A stretch of 64,000 bases of DNA from a virus: IMG/VR virus record IMGVR_UViG_3300020463_002275, positions 64,001-128,000 of that record; one strand, given 5' to 3'. This document shows, piece after piece, positions 14,201 to 21,477 of the stretch. The position numbers and the translations under genes were made by a program. The stretch's first letter is position 1, and each line of letters begins with the position of its first letter. The notes below the pieces were generated by a model. That model had not been told where the DNA came from and did not search any database. It saw nothing but the letters and a program-made list of their open reading frames with translations.

Positions 14201-17125
14201 TGTCGGAGTACTAGGAATGTAACAACCGTCTGTGCTTTCATATTCGTAAATTTCTATTAAATCCCCGTCTGCTTTGGTTGCTGTAATTACAGCAAAACCA
14301 TCAGTATTAAAAGTATAATCTCTGCCATGTACTAATTGTTCTCCGTTCTGATAAATTGTTATTGCTTTATTGCTTAATTTTGTTTTATCAAATACTTGCG
14401 ACAAACTAAAGAAATTATTTTCTATGTCATATACTTTAAATTCTAAACGTTTGTTTCCTAAAAAAGGAACCATATCACTAAAATAATAAGGATCATTTAC
14501 AGTTTTATTTTTTAATGCTTCGGTTAATATTTTATCAACATGAACTTTTGTTTGTCCTTGAAACCCTAAATTTTCAGCAATTTGTAAAAAGGATCTTTTA
14601 AAAGTTCTATATTCATTTTTTGCAAAATCAATTGCTTTAATAACATTGGCATCTTTTGTTGTAATATGGTATAAAGGATTATTAATTGGTCCAGAATGCT
14701 GTACAAACTTTTTACCAACAGTGTTAATATCTCCTAAACTTCCTAAGTTGCTGTTTCCTGGAAATATACCTTTAAAATCTTTTAAATCTTCAATCATGCT
14801 AAAAACATGATCGTTTACTTCACCTAAAGTAAATGTGTCCAAGTTTACGTTATTAGGATTGTGTTCTAAGTTAATTGGAAAATCATAATATCCATTTGCA
14901 TTTTTAGGTGTTGCAGAAGTTGTTTTAATTATTACTGTATCGCCTGCGGATAAATCTTTATTAAAAATAATAAATGCTTTTCCGTCTTGTCTGGATATAG
15001 TATAATCATAATAATGTTTGTTGTTTACAAATACACAGCAATATAAATCATTTAAATCCCCTGCATTATTATATACATCAATTTCTAATTGACTAATTGC
15101 CCCTGCAATATCATATTGTCTTATAACTTTTTGTTTAGAAAAATCTTTTGCTTTTTGCCATCCACTCTTATATGTAAATGCATTTAGCGAGGAATATGTT
15201 TTTAAAAATCCTGTGTCAGACTTTACAGTAAAGATTTCACTTAATTCTTGGTGTGTAAAATTTTGTGTAAGCAAATCAAAATTAAAAGTAATATCACCAA
15301 CATTTGTTAATGCACGATAGGTAATAGGAAATCCTAATTCAGTATCTGCTGTACCTGTACCTTCTTTATAACTAAAAACTTTATTTCCTGCAAAAGTTGT
15401 AGCCTCATATGTTGATTCATCTGCAAAACTTTTGCCGTTTGAATCAAACATATCAAACATAGGTGGTTGATTGACTTTTTCTTTTAATTGTCCTAATTTC
15501 CAAGAAGTACCATCGTAATAGTAATGCTTACCTGCATTTGCAGTTCCTTTTTTAACAAGCACTACTTCATTTGTTTGTGGTGTTGCATCTGTATCTTCAA
15601 GCAATGCAATTTGAGCAACATTACTATTGTGTTCAATAAATTTAACTTTGTAAATTTTACCTGATGCTCTAATATCTTCTTCAGCAGTAAATAAAATACG
15701 CATTCCGTCTCTGATATCTACTCCATCAATATTATAACCTACTGTACCTTCAATAGTAGAAAAAATATCTTTTGTTTGCGTATCAACTAAATCAATATCA
15801 TTCTTCTTTTCTGTACCAAAATTAAAAAGTTTCAATCCGCTTGTAAATTCTATAATAGGACGTTTTGCTCTTTGTGCTTGATCTATGCTTATTGACTGTC
15901 CATTTATTTCAGCACTTTTTTCTATAACTGATCTATGATACCATTTGTTGTTTCTTGACCATGCATTTTTATCTGGTGAATTTCTGTTTACTACAATGTA
16001 ATCCTTAGTCTCACTATAAGAAGCCGCATTGCCAAATGGTAAACTATCAAAACTATCTCCGTCAAATTTTACAGGCTTATCTTGTGCATATGATAATGCA
16101 ATTACTAAGTCCTCAAGGTTAACAAGACTTATTTGTTCACCAACGCCTTCAACAATCCAACTTCCTGTAGCATACTTTTCAGGTGTTACTTGTCCTACAA
16201 AGTTTAACTTCATACCATTTAGTAGTTCAACACCTTTTGAAGTTGTATAATCTTTTTTGCCTAAAATTTCTGTTTCAATATTAATTGCTGTTGCTTCGTC
16301 AACTTCTGCTATTCTAATAATACCGCCGGAATTAATGTTATTGCTATTTTGATAATATAATCTTGTAGGAGCATTTAAAGGAACTGTAAATGTTAATGTT
16401 CCGCTTTCTATATTATTGTTAGTAACTCCTGTTTCGTATATAGTATCTGCATCTAAACTACGTTCAGTTCTTATTGTAAAGGGCATATCAGTTGCACTTA
16501 TATCAAATGTATACGTTTGACCTTTATATAATTCTATTGTAGGATTTTGTGTAAGATTGCCATTAACGACATATGCTAAATTGTTACCATTATCAACACT
16601 TGTAATAGTAAATGTACTTGTAATATCTGTACTTTGTCCTGCAACATTAATTGGTACAGGTCCAGTTGGTAACCAATAGTATTCTCTAAAGTTTGTAAGT
16701 TTATCCCAATCTATATTAGGATTCCATGAATAATATTCAGCACCGTTTAACAAATCATGGTTGTCAACGTTTCCGCCAAATGCTTTTATCTGATTTATAT
16801 AGTCGTTATAGTCTTTGTAAAATTTAACATTATCGTAACTATCTTTAGAAATAACTGCTGGTTCTAATTGATATGCTTCTCTGCTAACAGAAATATCTCC
16901 AATATAGTTGTCATTGTTTCTATATGACTTTGCTGTCTTTCTACCATAGAATCCGTTAAGTTTTTGTGCAGTTCCTGGTTGTAGAACTTGGTCGAGCGTT
17001 GCATCTAAAAACTTATTATTTTTACTACTTCTAAAATACTTAGGTAATAACTGATTAGACTTAAAGTTTTTCTTTTTGCCTTCTACCGGTAATGGACTCT
17101 CATTTTGATTATCATCATATGCCAT
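2240..17125 (-). CDS. Giant (4961 aa) baseplate wedge-like virion protein (T4 gp7-like position)
   Basis: Directly follows gp6 with overlapping stop/start; FG-GAP-like repeats (FGHAISV, FGESVAL, FGDSISV), GxGY/GGGGSGATA repeats, many small beta-rich FxGDGxT modules. Confidence 0.7.
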   Translation of the reverse strand: MAYDDNQNESPLPVEGKKKNFKSNQLLPKYFRSSKNNKFLDATLDQVLQPGTAQKLNGFYGRKTAKSYRNNDNYIGDISVSREAYQLEPAVISKDSYDNVKFYKDYNDYINQIKAFGGNVDNHDLLNGAEYYSWNPNIDWDKLTNFREYYWLPTGPVPINVAGQSTDITSTFTITSVDNGNNLAYVVNGNLTQNPTIELYKGQTYTFDISATDMPFTIRTERSLDADTIYETGVTNNNIESGTLTFTVPLNAPTRLYYQNSNNINSGGIIRIAEVDEATAINIETEILGKKDYTTSKGVELLNGMKLNFVGQVTPEKYATGSWIVEGVGEQISLVNLEDLVIALSYAQDKPVKFDGDSFDSLPFGNAASYSETKDYIVVNRNSPDKNAWSRNNKWYHRSVIEKSAEINGQSISIDQAQRAKRPIIEFTSGLKLFNFGTEKKNDIDLVDTQTKDIFSTIEGTVGYNIDGVDIRDGMRILFTAEEDIRASGKIYKVKFIEHNSNVAQIALLEDTDATPQTNEVVLVKKGTANAGKHYYYDGTSWKLGQLKEKVNQPPMFDMFDSNGKSFADESTYEATTFAGNKVFSYKEGTGTADTELGFPITYRALTNVGDITFNFDLLTQNFTHQELSEIFTVKSDTGFLKTYSSLNAFTYKSGWQKAKDFSKQKVIRQYDIAGAISQLEIDVYNNAGDLNDLYCCVFVNNKHYYDYTISRQDGKAFIIFNKDLSAGDTVIIKTTSATPKNANGYYDFPINLEHNPNNVNLDTFTLGEVNDHVFSMIEDLKDFKGIFPGNSNLGSLGDINTVGKKFVQHSGPINNPLYHITTKDANVIKAIDFAKNEYRTFKRSFLQIAENLGFQGQTKVHVDKILTEALKNKTVNDPYYFSDMVPFLGNKRLEFKVYDIENNFFSLSQVFDKTKLSNKAITIYQNGEQLVHGRDYTFNTDGFAVITATKADGDLIEIYEYESTDGCYIPSTPTKLGLYPSFVPEIITDDSYRTPTKIIIGHDGSRTIAFNDYRDNLLLDLERRIYNNIKIDYNTEKLDIHDFLPGAYRNTKFNLTNINKVLLSDFVKWNESLGGLDYTSNNFYELTDSFTYNYSYMSGPNGEALTGFWRSVYRNAYDTDTPHTTPWKMLGFTDKPTWWNSVYGPAPYTKDNLILWEDLEEGKVAEPNKAPKFLEQYARPGLTNHIPVDEDGNLLSPLQSKYAKEYIASYTKLGFKFGDHAPTENAWRNSSDYAFSLIKSWLLNQPAKVMSMAWDISRISKNIAGQFVYNENKRSISLADLVFSNVYSDTQRVYTSGLVDYIINYTLSNSNISTKDYKEQVKNLKYQLGIKLGAFTDQSKMKLVLDSRTPYNKGNVFLPKENYQIFLNTSSPIETISYSGVIVEKQPYGFVIRGYDKADPVFKIQKAIPRTNDVAVNVGGVTDAFVEWEEDQKYTEDKYVRYVNSFYRVTEDHTSTQSFDSAKFVKIPALPIRGGATALFRKNFENTVTEVPYGTIYTEIQEVIDFILGYAKQLDTAGFTFDYYNKDTSTVEDWRYSAKEYLYWTTQNWAPGTIIALSPSANQIKFTRPYAVVDNLYDNFYDYSLQTSSGEALDETFTRLTREGNTFAVNLANTADGIYYIQLPLVQVEHVAILDNTSDFKDVIYSPASGYRQDRIKVMGYRTANWDGTLNIPGFVFDQAEVQEWQAYRDYAIGDTVRYKEFFYTAKNKIAGSPKFIPAEWNRIDGRPETKLYTNFDYRINQFTDFYDLDSDNFDNEQQRLAQHLVGYQKRQYLENIINDDVSQYKFYQGFIADKGSRNSVDKLFDALASADKESVDFYEEWAVKNNQYGSTTNFEEIEWQLDESKFKLSPQPIELVETLPSAPTDLIYRIPNYDVFLKPENYDINKIPTKYTNEEYVRTVGYVTGEDVSRAVLTKDGILGFSIDDINKNDYIWVATDNQTWNVLQHTETNLRIEKATPVGSEITLDMNFTARDIAVGDIFGITNANTTALTTLDGFYKATKVEGNKVTFESDKSDWLEIDDTVTIKGTITIFTSQRTKTVDDANTNITANLSSNELVWIDDDDNGKWTVLKNKPVYSEHQKVLSSLSLDSTQHGFGHAISVNDANTKMAVGIPFKGNGEVHIYVRPNDSTNYVLDQIISAPVNVADAYDGSTFSTSMQFGESVALSPDGKFLAVGSPQASNTYSFYQGEYKQGVAYTKQQIVKYGPNLYKAIQNIDPATGAISFSSFDSYIDIVSESDSTLINLLQTADYKINNSFGVSHMLIRAPINAYEGSAVGDEIVLAWNNYSKLNLQGDSVDVQPFDGEFPAITGAFLSDKHEIKYKVDNVLVIENFVNLPAIGDIISSSVASGEIVYVANDLTTCTVYLSNVNGTFATSGSLFVGTIRIGDYTEDYVNVLNQLGGYWWIDTPAYTTSADSTNTFVDPGHGLVYVDLLTAASGRTTPNFYYNITATKQQAIDDANNSGATLSLMDQASFAQTLTYEGDPLEVFALQSSPLWTVRGGKIFTDTLSIGSKFKMVVDNVSGNTNFTDTAMSTTLFNKEHTVYDLWDGYIDFTFDEFDQANQLPFEPIVGDTVEDTVTGATALITFYKRQFNSVRIYVKNITGTWSKGNNHNEDADIFRVRGSVKRNMGRIDGVSLEGTRIGKIIVLEEDTNFPDASVSELTDIEYFFFDETTLQGVPREANIPASNNRDWDQVTSIPVSNLNGTQTSGLTAEGMFSVYELNEQIQFKVQNHYTVPERKSHVKLGDEVQFTQEGNLYRLSVASRGAGAQNNAGSIHFIKNGTETKNGVLETYNWQLDIDPEFRGNFSSSVFYKQNEIVEYQDKLYKALRNIASGSAFIPADWESVTDGTAHVGFVPTNGTNAIIGEEVFDPEFGVINFARQFDQSKDGEVLVVSSRIQGNDSTGERVIVVYRRLPEGQMTVSQIIQPPYEDNSSMLPQGADFDWNSTSAYTGFGDSISVSADGEMIAVGEPYNDDRKKDQGKVYIYNLINGKFELSQEIFSPNGEQAEQFGAYLNFDGNQLSVTSLNGDIEIPTTFDNNTTVFDDEFTKFKRMDMDSGAIFMYERINKSLIFAQEFVIDEPLAVNFGKNILMKNNHVYTAMPEVTDYTTHQGMIIDFRKTIGQRAWNTHRSPLDQVDINKIKGAFLYNTQTNTLIEDLDYIDPVQGKVAGPAEQELSYKTYYDPAAYSKGDDTVVIDEDNAWGTEHVGKLWWDLNAVKFYNYQQNNVTYQTNYWGEVFPGTSVEVYEWVETDLLPSEWDNLADSESGIASGVSGVSRYGDTVYSQRLKWDPIAKTSKAKYYYWVANKRVVPTTANRKITAYDVKRLIEDPVGQGHRFVGLMAKDRFVLFNCEPLLSGNNVAFNLRYYTLDNVDQNIHNEYQMLTQGIGTSKPTRDIERKWFDSLIGYDSQFRLVPDPKLSAKAKYGISNNPRQSMFINKSEAYKQVIERANDVLIKNIIVDEFDISNLTKSDPAPLASSRRYDIKIDSYEDLAFVGIAKREVAVLSPTVVDGKITSIDITNSGRGYVDPTYVSTVGGTRIGPEITIDGIGRDAVLESEINELGQITKVNIIDPGIGYDSNTKLIVRNFSVLVASDSNVANKWSLYNYNGTKWNRTVSQRFDTNLYWNYADWYAPGYSAFTEINSLIDFSYQLSALENDVGQTVKISTIGSGGWLLLEKIANLQTEDYTQNYKVIGKQNATIQFSNKLYNTSVNRTGFDTDTFDTTFYDSQPVTESRVVLETLRDDIFIDDLEHHYNELFISSLRYAFSEQPNIDWAFKTSFIKAQHNVGELAQKITFKNDNIDNYQDYINEVKPFKTKIREYVSNYEKTDPTNSVVTDFDLPPRYNFNQKRITSSTAKVRNNLISSAPETTEQYPDKHWLENSGYEISEISVGNPGSNYTLPPIVSIEGGGGSGATAQAYLNDGKVSKIEVTSPGDGYLKAPDVILKGSIEDSGTEDSAVAGTPATARAVLGNGKVRGTHVISRFDRISGKPYYLEVARSETFTGDSVTSIYNLLWPMNLNGAKLKIYINGVELLKSEYTYSNYEDISKGYTRKRGRIAFTLPPVTGKAIKIDYELAPDLLTAQDRVQSYYQPIDGMIGKDIGQLMMGVDFGGVEVKSFDFAGSGGFETKGFGIEAYDVYDNTFEDIIFYLDGSTNILSLDKPLENGVVYNVYKNNIRLDDINYPSNPTNPNAVMTSITGDGVIQEIDIDGLGIASKDDDIFIIRKTTSDGSFKPDPASFDTQLTGGALSYSNAKGIDASDIIVDGDGFITPMTTTGPEELVPGKISDTVDIQVYHRPDDGTSNVQTQFFQTDGITQTYAIGIHPHNNEAVFVTLDNVRVANTDYTINYVNDTITFTTAPATGKILSIVCLGVSGQKILDINKFVADGSTNTYTTNIKYQTDVSHYVTINGESISSSLSQDTNKNFVITFDTAPQSGQVVDYGLFYTTAKSFSATNVQTLVGDGSTTIFDVNPALVGGLPTAQNAIVEVNNNILDAGYNTEFTITNSATREYQIQEWQFFANSIRGEDIEVYLNNELLTKNVQYRWDSTNNSVKLSAGIGAVNDKLDVFFSVDGTYAFGYVGVGADSSTKFLQDRSKIYFDTAPGLGDSIRITSFSNHDLQDIERIKYDLVSRVTLVPGTINFKEYINLSNGLVKLRRPSQDSEYVWVIVNGLRLAPNVDYYVPEDKQHVKILKKLSANDQIEIIQFGEEQLVHRFGFRQFKDILNRVHYKRLDDSNKYKLAQDLNWWDTRIELVDASKLPEPGKKKQIPGVVFINGERIEYYVKQGNSLRQIRRGTLGTGVNTFIASGTSVIDQSPGENMPYADQTLTQVFTADGTTASYELDFTPTKGVDEFEVFVAGNRLRKNAISSYQVDTKNSAGNFVTRFIAQDSAEGDVTLPVEFTLSGSTLNLAVTPEQDQKVTVIRRVGQTWSNAGESLVDAENDVAQFLKARTTELPK

Positions 17126-20100
17126 TAGTAACCATATCCTCCACCGCTGTTGCCGCCGCCACTGTTGCTACTGCTTGAACTACTGCTTGAACTACTGCTT
17201 GAACTACTGCTTGAACTTGTACTACTTGACATAGCACCTGTAGAACTTACAGAACCTGCTGGAGATGCAGAACTTGTAACACCTGTATTAAGTGTTTCTT
17301 GACTTGCTGTAATAACATTGCCTGTTGCTCTTAGTCTACTTGCTGTAATTGCATCTATTATTTCAACATTTTCAACTGTTGCTGAACTTATAAAAATTTC
17401 ATTAGATTCAGATTTAATTTCATATAAACTACCAAATGCTTGACTTTGCTCATTTGGTACAATTACAATACTAACAATATCAGGAGTCATTTGATTCATG
17501 ATATATGTTGACAATTCACTAAAGTAAAAACTTTCGCCAAATTCCCAATTATCTAAATTAAAGTAAATGTTAATTGCTTCAATTATTCTTGATTTAATAT
17601 CGTTATTGTTTGTAACTACGTCTGGATTAGTTACAACTTTAAATGTTGCTTGCAAACTAGTCTCCGCTGATGAACCAAATAAAGGTTTATACTTTACAGG
17701 ATGATAAATTATTTCGTCACTTATACTTTTAATTTTATCTAATTCTGCACCATATGTTCTATACATTTCATCACTGCTTGGTGGTAGAGGTTCTGTTAAT
17801 CTATCGCCTGCTAAGAATTGTCTATATTGTGCATCATATGTGCGTGTTAATAAGTATGAATCCATAATGTTACTTGCGGCTGGGTCAATTCTTTGATTAT
17901 AATCTGCACTATGCAAGTATCTAAATTTTAATCCGGATCGACCAGTATAACCTCTATAATCTTTTGTAAGTTCTAAGTTTTTCTTAGTAACATCTAATTT
18001 ATAAAATAACTCAGTATCCATTACAAAGAAAACCTGTCCTGCTGTATATTGACTATATGCTCCTACTGCACCTACACTTGCTTTTACTTTTATACCTTCT
18101 ATTGCATTATCTACATATCTATAATCTTCTACGCCATCGCTAGTAGTATATTTCTTTTGAAATATGTATTTTGTTTCAGGATTAACAGTCTCAGCAACAA
18201 TATCAATAAATCCTTCTGGATTGTCAATAACACCATCATCATCTTCGTCAAAGAAACTTATTTCAATACGCTTGCTATCAACATAGCCTTCAGCATCTCT
18301 ATACTCTTTAACAATTTCCCAATCGTAACTAATGTTAAATGGATCAGATACATCTGGTTTATTATTAACATTTAATACTTCAATTTTATCTTTTATAATT
18401 TTTCCAGATTTGTTATCATAAATTTTATTTGTGCTATCGTAATAGAACTTTATTTCTTTATCACTTTCAAATACATATCTTAATGTTCTGTACGTAATAT
18501 CATATCTTTCGCCATCGGTTTTAAAATACAAAAGCCAACTTGCATCTAAATTTTGATTGCTAGAATCACCTGTTTTACCTGTACTAAAATTACTTACACT
18601 ATCTAAATTGGCTTCAGTTATAATTCTCCATTGTTGTGTTTCTACATCATAACGCAAACCAAATGTGTTTGTTGCAAACGCTTGGTCGACAACTTGTGTT
18701 TTTACAGCGTCTGTAATTACATTGGCTAGTTTTGGTCTCACTTCTTGTAAAATTGCTCCTGTAGGAATATTATCATTTAATACAATAGGACCTAAACCAG
18801 TAGAACCTACTACAGTACCATCTCCGCCAACACTAATAATTTTGGTCCAAATATAATCAATTGCATTAGGATGATCTAAAGCACCTGCCATTAATCCATG
18901 TTCATTATTTTTCATAAAATGAAAACCTGTCGGTGCAACAAATTTTACAAGTGTTCCTGCTTTGATAAATCTTAAATTATTTGCTGTGAAGCCGCCTACT
19001 TTAAATTTAATATCATTAGTATCACTAATAAATCCTGTACTACGATTTGTATCTTGTGTTGAACTATTCCATTTAACTCCAAGATCTGCTGTAATAATTT
19101 TAGTAAAATTTTCTAAATAGTAATTGTAAACTTTTCTATCTCTAATAATAGGTTCTATTGTATTTGTTATAGCACTTTCAATATCAGTTGTTGTTACAAA
19201 GTTAAAAGTTGTCTTTAAATTTTTTGTTTCTTTGTAAATTAACCCATCGTTCCCAAATAAGTTTGTGCTTGAATACTTTCCTGTTGAATCTATTAAGTCA
19301 AAGTATCTGCTTATTCCACTAGCATTTCTATTAACTGTTTTTACTTTGACTATTTCTTGGCTTACACCTAATGGGGCAACATTATAATCCTCAGCAGTTA
19401 CCATTCTATTTTGTGTATAGTAAGTAGCAGGCGCATTTGCTTTAATGCTTTCGTTTGTCTCACTTAAACTACTATTTGAAATTGTATATTTTAATTGTAG
19501 TGTTAAATTAAGTGTTTCAGGCACACCAAATTCACTCAAGTAAGGTATTTGTATTTGGATACCTGTCATTTCACTTGGCTTAATTGTATACCTTTTATTT
19601 GCACTAGTTCTATATACAACTTTAAATCTACCTTGCGGTAAATTTCCAAAAACTCCGTCACTAAAAACTAAACTAATTCTATCTTGTACTCTTGTAAGAA
19701 CAGAATATAAATTTTTAATATTTTTGTTTAAACTATTGTAAATTACATTGTTGCCTTCAACTGAACTAACCTTTGTCCAATATTCATTTTCTCGACCGTT
19801 CTCATCTAATTTAAATAACCAAACATCTTTATCATTAATATCAGTTGCATCAATATCAACTTTTTGATTAGCACTAGGATTATTAACTGTAAACTGACCA
19901 TCATCTAATGATCCTTGTTTAAACGTGCAAAAAAATCCTGTGTTAGTACTTGCCGGTCCTTGCCCGTCATTTTTATATAAACATGCAAAACTGTTTCCAA
20001 CTAAAGGAATTTCTTCTTCAATATCATTTTCTACAATATCACTACTTACAACTTCAAAAGGTAAACTTTGTCCTTCAACAACTTTTGAAAAAGAATATTT

Positions 20101-20691
20101 AGGAATGTCTGTATTGATAGCATTAAATCTATATTGTTCATGTGGAATATTACTTACTGTTGATTTCTTTGCTGGTTTTCCGAATACTCCATTTGCAGGT
20201 AATGCGGTATTTAAAACTTTAATAAATTGTTCGTACCAATTAGAGTTACTAGGATCGTTCCAAGTAATTTGTTGGCCTGATAAATTAAAATTATTTGAAT
20301 CAACAACATCTTGCGATGTTGATATTGATGTAATTTTAAGAAGTCCTTCTGCGGCTTGGTTACGCTTAGGATTATATGAAAGTAATCTTGCTAGACGTAG
20401 TACTGATTCTCTACGCTCTGCAAGTTCTAAAAAGTTTTCACGTGAATTAAGATCAATACGGAATGAAATATTTTGACCTAAAAACGCAATAAGATCGATT
20501 AATGCAAGATATTCGCTAGATTCAATGTAATCATTAAAATCCTCAGGATAGTTAGTCCTTAGGTAATTGATCATAGTTCTGCGTAAGTTGTCGAAGTCGT
20601 AACTTTGGAAATCAGCATTACGATAAGATTGATATATACGCTTCCAATCTTCTGCAACTAGCAGTCTATTTTGTCTGTCTGTTGATGACAT
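17125..20691 (-). CDS. gp6: Baseplate wedge subunit gp6 (with Ser/Gly-rich C-terminal tail)
   Basis: N-terminal DFDNLRRTMINYLR...DLIAFLGQNISFRIDLNSRENFLELAERRESVLRLARLLSYNPKR and QNRMVTAEDY are gp6 hallmarks. Confidence 0.9.
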   Translation of the reverse strand: MSSTDRQNRLLVAEDWKRIYQSYRNADFQSYDFDNLRRTMINYLRTNYPEDFNDYIESSEYLALIDLIAFLGQNISFRIDLNSRENFLELAERRESVLRLARLLSYNPKRNQAAEGLLKITSISTSQDVVDSNNFNLSGQQITWNDPSNSNWYEQFIKVLNTALPANGVFGKPAKKSTVSNIPHEQYRFNAINTDIPKYSFSKVVEGQSLPFEVVSSDIVENDIEEEIPLVGNSFACLYKNDGQGPASTNTGFFCTFKQGSLDDGQFTVNNPSANQKVDIDATDINDKDVWLFKLDENGRENEYWTKVSSVEGNNVIYNSLNKNIKNLYSVLTRVQDRISLVFSDGVFGNLPQGRFKVVYRTSANKRYTIKPSEMTGIQIQIPYLSEFGVPETLNLTLQLKYTISNSSLSETNESIKANAPATYYTQNRMVTAEDYNVAPLGVSQEIVKVKTVNRNASGISRYFDLIDSTGKYSSTNLFGNDGLIYKETKNLKTTFNFVTTTDIESAITNTIEPIIRDRKVYNYYLENFTKIITADLGVKWNSSTQDTNRSTGFISDTNDIKFKVGGFTANNLRFIKAGTLVKFVAPTGFHFMKNNEHGLMAGALDHPNAIDYIWTKIISVGGDGTVVGSTGLGPIVLNDNIPTGAILQEVRPKLANVITDAVKTQVVDQAFATNTFGLRYDVETQQWRIITEANLDSVSNFSTGKTGDSSNQNLDASWLLYFKTDGERYDITYRTLRYVFESDKEIKFYYDSTNKIYDNKSGKIIKDKIEVLNVNNKPDVSDPFNISYDWEIVKEYRDAEGYVDSKRIEISFFDEDDDGVIDNPEGFIDIVAETVNPETKYIFQKKYTTSDGVEDYRYVDNAIEGIKVKASVGAVGAYSQYTAGQVFFVMDTELFYKLDVTKKNLELTKDYRGYTGRSGLKFRYLHSADYNQRIDPAASNIMDSYLLTRTYDAQYRQFLAGDRLTEPLPPSSDEMYRTYGAELDKIKSISDEIIYHPVKYKPLFGSSAETSLQATFKVVTNPDVVTNNNDIKSRIIEAINIYFNLDNWEFGESFYFSELSTYIMNQMTPDIVSIVIVPNEQSQAFGSLYEIKSESNEIFISSATVENVEIIDAITASRLRATGNVITASQETLNTGVTSSASPAGSVSSTGAMSSSTSSSSSSSSSSSSSSSSSNSGGGNSGGGYGY
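17168..17215. repeat. 4 x 12-bp tandem repeat CTACTGCTTGAA (encodes poly-Ser in gp6)
   Basis: Read directly from sequence. Confidence 0.9.
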
Positions 20692-20716
20692 ATCACATTC
20701 CTTATTTGTTCATATG

Positions 20717-20724
20717 TATTTATT
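20717..20724 (-). promoter_or_regulatory. Late promoter-like box (AATAAATA) upstream of gp6
   Basis: 7/8 match to TATAAATA in the gp25-gp6 intergenic gap. Confidence 0.55.
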
Positions 20725-20749
20725 TGTTTAAGAAAAGTGCGTATATAAT

Positions 20750-21196
20750 TTATGCTGTAAGTCCTGCATTTTCATCAAAGTCTAATCTAAGTTTTTCTGA
20801 AATATTATATGGCAAATATGTTAGTTGCATTTCAATTTGTATACCACTTTCATAACTTGTTACTCTAATATCTTCTGCTTGCACACGTGGATCATAGTTA
20901 CAAATGGTTGTAACATTAGCCGCTATTGCTTCTTTTAGATCATCTGTAAACGGTTCAAACAATGCGTCCCAAATAATAGTGCCAAATTTAGGATTGTGAA
21001 GTTTTTCACCTTGGCGAATATGGAAATGATTTAATAAATCTTGTTTTATAAGTGCAAGATCGTACAATGTACTGGAAGTATTTTCAGGATTAACTGTAGA
21101 CAAACCTCTATAAGCCTTGCTGGTTACAACAGGCTTTTGCTTTTGCGTTGGATTTATAGCAATTCTATCATATAGATTTTTTTCTAAAGTACTCAT
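20750..21196 (-). CDS. gp25: Baseplate wedge subunit gp25
   Basis: LIKQDLLNHFHIRQGEKLHNPKFGTIIWDALFEP...YDPRV is the gp25/GPW motif; start moved to MSTLEK (21196) to avoid overlapping the PAAR gene. Confidence 0.9.
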   Translation of the reverse strand: MSTLEKNLYDRIAINPTQKQKPVVTSKAYRGLSTVNPENTSSTLYDLALIKQDLLNHFHIRQGEKLHNPKFGTIIWDALFEPFTDDLKEAIAANVTTICNYDPRVQAEDIRVTSYESGIQIEMQLTYLPYNISEKLRLDFDENAGLTA

Positions 21197-21204
21197 ATAA
21201 CTAT

Positions 21205-21477
21205 TTAACCTATCTTCACTGCTGGTGACCCTACATCCCGAGTGTGGCCGCATGAATCATCATCGTTTTGTCTGTTGATAGGTATTCCTCCTATTTTTAC
21301 AAATGTTGTACCATTTGCTGTTGTTGGACTGGCATGTGGTGGCAAGCCGTGACCTTCTACTGGATCTCCGTCTGTAGCGACAGGTTCTCCTCCTACTTTT
21401 ACAAATGTTTGCTTAGTACTTTCAATTTTAGCACCTGCATCATTTTTATCACCTTTTCTTTGTATTTGATTTGGCAT
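21205..21477 (-). CDS. PAAR-type spike tip protein (gp5.4-like)
   Basis: 90 aa, VKVGGEPVATDGD / VKIGGIPINRQND repeats, His and C-G-H metal ligands, downstream of gp5. Confidence 0.85.
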   Translation of the reverse strand: MPNQIQRKGDKNDAGAKIESTKQTFVKVGGEPVATDGDPVEGHGLPPHASPTTANGTTFVKIGGIPINRQNDDDSCGHTRDVGSPAVKIG

